Shown one piece after another: positions 9,863-17,139 of a stretch of 64,000 bases of DNA. The notes beneath the pieces are model-generated. The model was not told the DNA's origin. It searched no databases and saw only the letters and a program-made list of their open reading frames with translations. How positions within the stretch are numbered: the first letter of the stretch is position 1; each line of letters begins with the position of its first letter. Source of the DNA: Burkholderiales bacterium (GTDB taxonomy: Bacteria > Pseudomonadota > Gammaproteobacteria > Burkholderiales > Eutrophovitaceae); the NCBI GenBank assembly GCA_040880425.1, contig JBBDIL010000027.1, positions 39,575-103,574 on the forward strand, given 5' to 3'. The translations under genes were made by a program, and so were the position numbers.

Positions 9863-10939
9863 ATGGCAGTTACCCAGGAGCAGATCAGATCAGCGATTTC
9901 CGAACTGGTCGACCCGGCAACCGGAGCGCCGTTTGAAGCGCGATCGGTCAAGGTTGACGGCGACAACGTTGCGGTCGAGGTCGGACTCGGATACCCGGCG
10001 AAAAGCGTGCACGCGGATGTGCGCGACACCATCGCGTCGAAACTCAAGGCCCTGCCAGGAGTGGGGAATATCAGCGTCGCTGTCGACAGCAAAGTCGTCG
10101 CGCATGCCGTGCCGCGCGGGCTGAAGCTGCTGCCCGGCGTGAAGAACATCATCGCGGTGGCGTCGGGCAAGGGCGGTGTGGGCAAATCGACTACCGCCGT
10201 GAACCTGGCGCTGGCGCTGGCGGCGGAGGGTGCAAAGGCAGGCGTGCTGGACGCCGATATATATGGTCCGTCGCAGCAGATGATGCTCGGTCTTTCCGGT
10301 CGGCCGCAGTCGGCGGACGGCAAGACCATCGAGCCGATGGAAAACTACGGTGTGCAGGCGATGTCGATCGGGCTGCTGATCGACGTCGATACGCCGATGG
10401 TATGGCGTGGTCCGATGGTGACGCAGGCGCTCGAGCAATTGCTGCGCGACACGCAGTGGAAGGAACTGGATTACCTGGTGGTGGACCTGCCGCCGGGCAC
10501 TGGCGACATCCAGCTCACGCTTTCGCAGAAGGTGCCGGTCACCGGTGCGGTGATCGTCACCACGCCGCAGGACATTGCCCTGATCGACGCGCGCAAGGGG
10601 CTGAAGATGTTCGAGAAGGTCGGCGTGCCGATACTCGGGATCGTGGAGAACATGAGCACGCACATCTGTTCCAAGTGCGGGCACGAGGAGCACATTTTCG
10701 GCGCCGGCGGCGCAGAGAAGATGTGCAAGGACTATGGCGTCGATCTGCTCGGCCAGCTGCCGCTCGACATCCGTATCCGCGAGCAGGCCGATTCGGGCAA
10801 GCCCACCGTCGTGGCCGATCCGGACGGGCAGGTGGCGAAGACCTACAGGGCAATGGCGCGCAAGGTTGCCGCAAAGCTGGCGACGATGGGCAAGGACTAC
10901 AGCTCGGCTTTCCCGAATATCGTGGTCCAGAACACTTAA
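9863..10939 (+). CDS. apbC: Fe-S cluster carrier ATPase ApbC/Mrp
   Basis: Deviant Walker A GKGGVGKST and the CSKCGH motif. The second ATG (9863) is preferred over the track start 9854 because the GGAAGGA RBS is then 8 nt upstream. Confidence 0.92.
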   Translation: MAVTQEQIRSAISELVDPATGAPFEARSVKVDGDNVAVEVGLGYPAKSVHADVRDTIASKLKALPGVGNISVAVDSKVVAHAVPRGLKLLPGVKNIIAVASGKGGVGKSTTAVNLALALAAEGAKAGVLDADIYGPSQQMMLGLSGRPQSADGKTIEPMENYGVQAMSIGLLIDVDTPMVWRGPMVTQALEQLLRDTQWKELDYLVVDLPPGTGDIQLTLSQKVPVTGAVIVTTPQDIALIDARKGLKMFEKVGVPILGIVENMSTHICSKCGHEEHIFGAGGAEKMCKDYGVDLLGQLPLDIRIREQADSGKPTVVADPDGQVAKTYRAMARKVAAKLATMGKDYSSAFPNIVVQNT

Positions 10940-10949
10940 GTAAGGCTTT

Positions 10950-11094
10950 ACCGCAGAGGCGCAGAGGCGCGGAGAAGGCGCCAAGTTACTTGCGAACGGG
11001 TACTCATTGCGGCAGATAGTCAGGCAATCCTTGGTGTTTGCGATCGTTAGCGCTTCTCAGCGTGTTTCTCTCTGCGTCTCGGCGACTCTGCGGT
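10950..11094. repeat. Intercistronic long inverted repeat, element D (GCAGAG-type arms)
   Basis: Left arm is accgcagaggcgcagaggcgcggagaaggcgc. The reverse complement of the right arm is accgcagagtcgccgagacgcagagagaaacacgctgagaagcgc. It lies between apbC and dcd, both on the + strand. Confidence 0.75.
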
Positions 11095-11114
11095 TTTTCC
11101 TTTTGAGGTAACAA

Positions 11115-11687
11115 ATGACAATAAAGTCCGACAAATGGATCCGGCGCATGGCGCGCGAGCACGCGATGATCGAACCATTCGAGCCGAACCAGGTCAAGAA
11201 GCTGGGGACGCGCCCGGTAATTTCGTTCGGCACGTCGAGCTATGGCTATGACATCCGCTGCTCGAACGATTTCAAGATCTTCACCAACATCAATTCCACG
11301 ATCGTCGATCCGAAGGCGTTCGACGAACGCTCGTTCGTGGATTTCCATGGGGACGTCTGCATCATCCCGCCCAATTCGTTCGCGCTCGCGCGCACGGTCG
11401 AGTATTTCCGCATCCCGCGCAATGTGCTCACCATCTGCCTGGGCAAATCCACCTATGCGCGCTGCGGCATCATCGTCAACGTGACGCCGTTCGAGCCGGA
11501 ATGGGAGGGCTACGTGACGCTGGAGTTCTCCAATACCACGCCGCTGCCGGCCAAGATCTATGCGAACGAGGGTGTTGCGCAGGTGATCTTCTTCGAATCA
11601 GCTCCGGACGACGTGTGCGAGACCTCCTACCGCGACCGCGGCGGCAAATACCAGGGCCAGCAGGGCGTCACGCTGCCCAAGGCCTAG
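11115..11687 (+). CDS. dcd: dCTP deaminase
   Basis: 190 aa, with full-length similarity to Dcd (KSDKWI..., [20 protein letters not shown]). Confidence 0.95.
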   Translation: MTIKSDKWIRRMAREHAMIEPFEPNQVKKLGTRPVISFGTSSYGYDIRCSNDFKIFTNINSTIVDPKAFDERSFVDFHGDVCIIPPNSFALARTVEYFRIPRNVLTICLGKSTYARCGIIVNVTPFEPEWEGYVTLEFSNTTPLPAKIYANEGVAQVIFFESAPDDVCETSYRDRGGKYQGQQGVTLPKA

Positions 11688-11748
11688 CAGTTTGTTGAAT
11701 TTCGCTGGATTGACGAGCCGGCTGTCGATCGTTCAGTCAGTTCAAAGC

Positions 11749-11899
11749 GCTCAACGCAGAGAGCGCGGAGGACGCTGGGGAAGATCGGTCGATCCGAGTG
11801 AAGTAACACCGAGAATTCACGAACACGCGGGTTCGCGCTGACCGCGATCAAGTCGCTTTTGTTGTGCCTCAGCGCCCCGGCGTTCTCCGCGTTGTTCGC
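11749..11899. repeat. Intercistronic long inverted repeat, element E (GCAGAG/GCGGAG-type arms)
   Basis: Left arm is caacgcagagagcgcggaggacgctgggg. The reverse complement of the right arm is acaacgcggagaacgccggggcgctgagg. It lies between dcd and the ODC-like gene, both on the + strand. Confidence 0.7.
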
Positions 11900-12017
11900 T
11901 TCCTTTGACGGCGATCCGTAAGGCAGTCCGGTTTCGATGGATTGCCCGCGCGCGAACTCCGGGCGGCGCGCACTGTCTCTCCGTCCCCGGCCGCTTGCCG
12001 GCAGCCGAATATTTCAC

Positions 12018-12045
12018 TTGATTTGCAGACCGGGGGGCCTATAAT
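12018..12045 (+). promoter_or_regulatory. Candidate sigma70 promoter (TTGATT-16 nt-TATAAT)
   Basis: TTGATT at 12018-12023 and TATAAT at 12040-12045, with a 16-nt spacer. It sits upstream of the uORF and the ODC-like gene. Confidence 0.35.
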
Positions 12046-12121
12046 TCGGCTCTCTAAAAAAGGGGGCTTTTCCCTTTTGTATCTGCGGCTTAGTCACTTT
12101 CAGAAGGGAAAGGAGGTCATC

Positions 12122-12187
12122 ATGACAGGCGAGAAAAAACATTGCGGGGCTGCCAATCTGGTGAACCTGCATATCCCTGTAACTTAG
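12122..12187 (+). CDS. 21-codon upstream ORF (candidate leader peptide) MTGEKKHCGAANLVNLHIPVT
   Basis: AGGAGG lies 5 nt upstream of the ATG. This RBS is stronger than that of the downstream gene. The stop lies 19 nt before the ODC-like start. Confidence 0.4.
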   Translation: MTGEKKHCGAANLVNLHIPVT

Positions 12188-12206
12188 CTGTCTCGAGGAC
12201 CCTGAA

Positions 12207-13379
12207 ATGACCCTGCGCCCCGTGCTCTCCCGCAGCGCCGAAACCGAAGCCCTGCTCGATACGCACCCGGAATCCGGCCTGGATTTCCGCCATGTCCGCG
12301 AAACCCTGCAACAGGGCTACACGAGCCCCTTCCTGCTGATCGACACCCAACTCGTTCGTGCCAAGTACCGGCGATTCCACGCCGCGATGCCGCGCGTGCA
12401 TGCGCATTACGCGGTGAAGGCGAATCCCGACCCGCGCGTGGTGCGGGCGCTGGCGGAAGAAGGCGCGGGTTTCGAGATCGCTTCGATTGCGGAACTGGAT
12501 CTCCTGCTGTCGCTTGGAGTCGCGGCCAACGCCGTGCATTACAGCAATCCGATCAAGGCGCGGGACTATATAGCCTATGCCGCCGCCAGGGGCGTCGAGT
12601 GGTTTGCGCTGGACAGCGTGGAGGAACTGCGCAAGATCGTCTCGGTGAAGCCGGACGCCAGGCTGTACCTGCGCATCGACACCCCCAACATCGGCAGCGA
12701 TTGGCCGCTGTCCGGAAAATTTGGAGTGCCGCTTAAGGAAGCGGGCGCAATCCTCGACGCGGCCGCCGAGCTTGGCGCCGATCTTTGCGGCGTCACTTTC
12801 CATGTCGGGTCGCAATGCCGCAACGCCGAGAACTGGCGCGTCGCGATCGACAACTCGAAGAAGATCTTCCGCAAGATGCGCCTTAAGGGGCTGCGGCCGC
12901 GGCTGCTGAATATCGGCGGCGGATTTCCGGTGCGGCTGACCAAGCCGATTCCCTCGATCGAAACCATCGGCGAGATCGTGAACGAATGTATTGCGGACCT
13001 GCCGGATGACGTGCGGGTGATGGCAGAGCCGGGCCGCTACCTGGTTTCCGATGCCGCGTATTTCGTGTGCAGGGTGATCGGCACGCTGACACGCGCCGGG
13101 CGCCGCTGGGTGTATCTGGATACCGGCATGTTCGGCGGCCTGCTGGAAAGCACCCAGGGTCTGCAGTACGAGCTGCGTACGGACCGCGGCGGAAAGCGGG
13201 TGCCTTGGCATGTCGCAGGCCCGACCTGCGATTCAGTTGATGTGCTGCTGCAGGATCACATGCTGCCCGAAGACCTGGCCGACGGGGACTTCATCTATAT
13301 CCCGAATGCCGGGGCCTACACGACGGCATACGCCAGTAATTTCAACGGTTTTCCGCTCCCCGAAGTGCGCGTTGTCTGA
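12207..13379 (+). CDS. Type III PLP-dependent decarboxylase (alanine-racemase fold), ornithine/lysine decarboxylase-like
   Basis: 390 aa with the PLP-lysine motif YAVKAN, then HVGSQ, GGGFP, EPGR and the CDS motif (GPTCDSVD) of the Orn/DAP/Arg decarboxylase group IV. Confidence 0.85.
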   Translation: MTLRPVLSRSAETEALLDTHPESGLDFRHVRETLQQGYTSPFLLIDTQLVRAKYRRFHAAMPRVHAHYAVKANPDPRVVRALAEEGAGFEIASIAELDLLLSLGVAANAVHYSNPIKARDYIAYAAARGVEWFALDSVEELRKIVSVKPDARLYLRIDTPNIGSDWPLSGKFGVPLKEAGAILDAAAELGADLCGVTFHVGSQCRNAENWRVAIDNSKKIFRKMRLKGLRPRLLNIGGGFPVRLTKPIPSIETIGEIVNECIADLPDDVRVMAEPGRYLVSDAAYFVCRVIGTLTRAGRRWVYLDTGMFGGLLESTQGLQYELRTDRGGKRVPWHVAGPTCDSVDVLLQDHMLPEDLADGDFIYIPNAGAYTTAYASNFNGFPLPEVRVV

Positions 13380-13422
13380 GCGGAACCATATGACCTGAGT
13401 GAAAGTAATTTCATTTCTTGAA

Positions 13423-13458
13423 AGAAGCGGCAGGCCTGGGCCCCCCGCTTCTGTTTTA
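13423..13458 (+). terminator. Candidate intrinsic terminator after the ODC-like gene
   Basis: Stem agaagcgg (13423-30) pairs with ccgcttct (13445-52), followed by gtttta. Confidence 0.55.
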
Positions 13459-13635
13459 TGGTGCCTCGCACAACATAGAATGCGCCGTTCGTCATACCAG
13501 GAGGCCGGCATCGCACACAAACGCTTTGACGCCTCGCGCGTAACTCTGTTATGTTTCGCGCATAAAAACGCTTTAAAACTCGAGCGTTAAGACTCACGCA
13601 AAAACAAGTTCCGTTGTTCAGGAAGGGGGGTTCCA

Positions 13636-14970
13636 ATGCGGCGCCTGTACTGCCTCGCAATCGTGGCGAGTCTGCTGTTTGCTCCGGTCTTTTCTGCTTC
13701 TGCTGACGAGACACTGGTCCAGGCGAAAAGCCACCTGGACAGCGGCAATGCACGGGCCGCATACGACCTGCTGAACCCGCTGGTGCCGGAACGCGCCGGC
13801 GAGCCCGAATACGATTTCCTGCTTGGCGCCGCTGCGCTCGAACTGGGCAAGAACACGGAAGCAGTGTTCGCACTGGAGCGCGTGCTCGCCGTCCGGCCCG
13901 ATGCGGCGCCCGCCCGGGCACTGATCGCCCGTGCCTACTTCAACCTGAAGGAAACCGACACCGCCAAGCGCGAGTTCGAGAACGTCAGGCAGACGGCCGT
14001 CCCGTCCGACGTGGCGCTGACCATCGACCGTTTCCTCGATGCGATCGGTCGCATCGAAGACGCCAAGCGTGCCACCCTCCGCGGCTATGTCGAGATTGGA
14101 TTCGGGTACGACAGCAACGTCAACAGCGCAACCGCGGATGCGCAAGTCGCCGTCCCCTCGTTCGGCGGCACGATATTTTCGGTCTCCGGCGCCTCGCAGG
14201 AACAGGACGACTGGTTCATGAGTTTCGGCGGCGGCGTCAACCTGCGCGTGCCGATCAATCCCCGCTGGGCGGCGTTCGGCGGCGTGGCGTTCCAGCGCAA
14301 GAACAACTTCGACGAACACGACTTTTCGACTTACTACTACGACGCCAACGCGGGCATCAGCTACAAGCACGCGCGCAACACCATCACGCTGGCGGGGCAG
14401 GTCAACCACTTCTACGTCGACAACCCGCAGCTCTACCGCAAGGCCTACCGCGAGGCGCTCGGCGGCACGCTGCAGTGGCAGCACGATTTCAACTCGCGCA
14501 ACCAGGTCAGCGCCTTCCTGCAGTTCTCCGAGCTGCGCTATCCGGACCAGATGGTGCGAAACGCCGACCGCTACGTCGGCGGCATCGGCTACGCGCGCGC
14601 CTTTGTGCCGCGCGGGCCGATCGTCTATCTCGGTGTGTACGGCGGCGAAGAAAAAGAAAAGGAGAAAACCTTTCCGCAGTTCGGGCACGAACTGTACGGT
14701 GCCCGGCTTGGCTTCCAGCAGTCGATCAGCGAGAAGTATTCGATCTTTTTGAACGCGAGCGCGGAGAAGCGCGAGTACGGTGGGCAGGACCCGTTCTTTC
14801 TGGTTGCGCGCGAGGACGAGCAGTACAACGCTTCGGCGGGCATCCATTTCGTGCCCGGACGCAACATGCGGCTGACGCCGCAGGTGAGCTGGATCCAGAA
14901 CGATTCGAACATCCCGATCAACGAATTCGACCGCATCATCGGATCGCTGGTGTTCAGGTACGACATGTAA
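13636..14970 (+). CDS. TPR + outer-membrane beta-barrel protein, Slam/DUF560-like (candidate type XI secretion translocon)
   Basis: 444 aa with signal peptide ...PVFSASA/DE and about 130 aa of TPR-like helices. After that come alternating beta-strand patterns beginning YVEIGFGYDSNVNSA. The size and architecture match surface lipoprotein assembly modifiers. The next gene carries a Slam-substrate-type barrel. Confidence 0.65.
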   Translation: MRRLYCLAIVASLLFAPVFSASADETLVQAKSHLDSGNARAAYDLLNPLVPERAGEPEYDFLLGAAALELGKNTEAVFALERVLAVRPDAAPARALIARAYFNLKETDTAKREFENVRQTAVPSDVALTIDRFLDAIGRIEDAKRATLRGYVEIGFGYDSNVNSATADAQVAVPSFGGTIFSVSGASQEQDDWFMSFGGGVNLRVPINPRWAAFGGVAFQRKNNFDEHDFSTYYYDANAGISYKHARNTITLAGQVNHFYVDNPQLYRKAYREALGGTLQWQHDFNSRNQVSAFLQFSELRYPDQMVRNADRYVGGIGYARAFVPRGPIVYLGVYGGEEKEKEKTFPQFGHELYGARLGFQQSISEKYSIFLNASAEKREYGGQDPFFLVAREDEQYNASAGIHFVPGRNMRLTPQVSWIQNDSNIPINEFDRIIGSLVFRYDM

Positions 14971-15045
14971 CTGCACCAGGATTGGAGCGACATCGAGTTG
15001 TAGTGGCACAGATAACAACAAAGACATTAAGACGTTGCGCTTGCG

Positions 15046-15090
15046 CCTCACCCTTCTCCCCCGGGCGAAGGGCGGGGGATGAGGGAAGCG
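15046..15090. repeat. GC-rich imperfect hairpin (REP-like) between translocon and cargo genes
   Basis: cctcacccttctcccccgggcgaagggcgggggatgagggaag. The core stem tcccccg pairs with cggggga. It resembles common proteobacterial REP hairpins. Confidence 0.3.
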
Positions 15091-15154
15091 CGCGGTTCTT
15101 GAATCTACATTGCCCCGAAGCTGAGCCGGGGCGCTGAAAGGGAGATTGCCCAAA

Positions 15155-16585
15155 ATGCCGCAGGAAACTTTCAGACTGAGCCCGAGAGGCATGCTGCTCG
15201 CCTCGATCGCCGCCGCGTTCCCGCTCGCCAGCCAGGCTGCGCCGGTGGCCCGCGTCGACTTTGCCGTCGGCAACGTGATGGCGGTTGCACCCACCGGGCA
15301 AACCCGCCAGCTCGCCAAGGGCGCGCAGGTCGAGGAAGGCGAGACGGTCAACACCAACGCCGGCCGCGCGCAGTTGCGCTTCGTCGACGGCGCCTATGTC
15401 TCGTTGCAGCCGGAGTCCGAATTTCGAATCGATCAGTACCGGTATGAAGGCCGCGAAGACGGTTCCGAGAACGCCCTGCTGAGCCTGTTCAAGGGCGGCC
15501 TGCGCACCATCACCGGTTTCATCGGCCGCAGCAACAAAAAGAACTACCAGGTCACCACCACCGTCGCCACCATCGGCATCCGCGGAACCGAGTACACCAT
15601 CCAGTACGGCGAATCGATTCGCGGCACGGTCGGCGACGGCCAGATAGAAGTCTGCAACGGTGCCGGCTGCCTGAACGTGACCGACGGCGAAACCTACTAT
15701 GTCGCCAATCAGGACACGCAGCCGGTGCTGACCAACAAAGGTACCGATCTCCCGCCCGCCCCGCCGGAAAGCCCCCCGCAGAAGTTTACGGAGAACGAGA
15801 ATGTAGACGAGGAGGGAAATCTGTGTACCCTCTTTCCGGAACAATGCCTAGCGCCGTCAACGACAACAATACTAACCGGTACCATTACTGCTAACGTTGC
15901 GGCAATCACAACAGTGGAATGTGAAGGCCCCTGTGTGGACCAAGTTACGATAGACGGCACCACAGCAACGCTCAGTAACGCTGGTGCTTTGGTCAGTTTC
16001 GGATCGCAGACGCTGAACTCGTCAATCTCCAATGGAAACGACGGTATTATTGCATGGGGTACGGCGCCCTCATCTACTGGGGGTGAGTTTTCCTTAACAC
16101 CCACCGATACGATTCATTATGTAGTAGGGGCCCCATCTAGTAACGTATCCGCCTTGGGAGGTCTCACAGGAACGTATTCTTTGCTCGGCGGCACGGATCC
16201 TACCGGAGTAAATTCGGGACTGACTTCCACTACCAATAAACTTAATAGCGCCGACCTTTCGTTTAACTTCGCAGATGTAAGCGCATCTGGTTTTCTGAGG
16301 ATGAGCTGGACGCTCGAGGGGCAATCAATAAACACAGCTGGATCGGTATCGAGCTTCTCGGGCCCAACGTTCTCTGGGAACTTGCTCGATACAGACCAGT
16401 TATGTTCTGGTACTTGTGCGTCGGCTTTTGTTAATGGTTTTTTCGTGGGTTCAAATGCCGAACGCGCAGGATTGAGCTATCACGTGACTGGCGAATCGCT
16501 TAGCGATGATGGGCACATTGGTGCTGCTGCGTTGACGCAAACGGGGCTTACATTGAGCGATATTCGCTTGCAAGAGGGTCAATAG
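15155..16585 (+). CDS. Secreted FecR-domain protein with C-terminal TbpB/fHbp-type 8-stranded-barrel motifs (candidate Slam-dependent cargo, non-lipoprotein)
   Basis: Sec signal with a signal peptidase I (SPase I) site (PLASQA/AP) and no lipobox Cys. The FecR-like N-domain reads VDFAVGNV...GRAQLRFVDGAYVSLQPESEF...ATIGIRGTEY. There are four close Cys pairs. C-terminal motifs are GTYSLLGG, ADLSFNFADVSASGFL, FSGPTFSGN and GFFVGSNAERAGLSY...HIGAAALTQ. For comparison, the fHbp end is GIFGGKAQEVAGSAEV...HIGLAAKQ. ATG 15155 is preferred to the track TTG 15146. Confidence 0.7.
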   Translation: MPQETFRLSPRGMLLASIAAAFPLASQAAPVARVDFAVGNVMAVAPTGQTRQLAKGAQVEEGETVNTNAGRAQLRFVDGAYVSLQPESEFRIDQYRYEGREDGSENALLSLFKGGLRTITGFIGRSNKKNYQVTTTVATIGIRGTEYTIQYGESIRGTVGDGQIEVCNGAGCLNVTDGETYYVANQDTQPVLTNKGTDLPPAPPESPPQKFTENENVDEEGNLCTLFPEQCLAPSTTTILTGTITANVAAITTVECEGPCVDQVTIDGTTATLSNAGALVSFGSQTLNSSISNGNDGIIAWGTAPSSTGGEFSLTPTDTIHYVVGAPSSNVSALGGLTGTYSLLGGTDPTGVNSGLTSTTNKLNSADLSFNFADVSASGFLRMSWTLEGQSINTAGSVSSFSGPTFSGNLLDTDQLCSGTCASAFVNGFFVGSNAERAGLSYHVTGESLSDDGHIGAAALTQTGLTLSDIRLQEGQ

Positions 16586-17139
16586 ATTCGTTTCCGTTTC
16601 GATTCAGGATCGCTTTTGAACTTCGGAGTATGGTTTGGCCGGCTGTTTCGAATGCTGCCGAAGGAGTAGTACTATAAACGCCTAGCGATTATTCATTTGA
16701 ATGCATGACCTGTGCATCGGAGTTCTGTGCCAATTGTCCGCCGCGCATGTATGCCAGCCAGGTAATCTACGGCTTAGTTTGATTCGAACAATCGACCGGC
16801 ACGTCAAGTCAATCCAAAAGACAGTACCCATCGTTTTCCGAGAGCAAAGCACTGGCTCAGAAGTGTGTGCCGAGAAGGCAATCCGTTCTGCAGATTAGGC
16901 GAAAACTCTCAAGACGGCGCCTGCAGATGTCTCTTCAAGCTCTCGGAATCTCGCGCCCGAGATGGTTGTATGAAAGCGTGGCGAACCGCTGCTGTCACAC
17001 AGCGCTGTTGGCGATGCTATTACGCAGCTAAAATGCTCGGCCCGTAACTACATAGCGGTAACACCCATTGGTCTGAATATGGATTTCAGCCAATGAAGTG
17101 ACTCAGTAGCACAATGCGCTGATTGATCGCGAGTGCCAG

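Noticed and set aside
13618-15357. 579-aa ORF antisense to the Slam-like gene
   Set aside because: The + strand product has a signal peptide, TPRs and beta-strand periodicity. The - strand product is low-complexity and Arg/Ala-rich.
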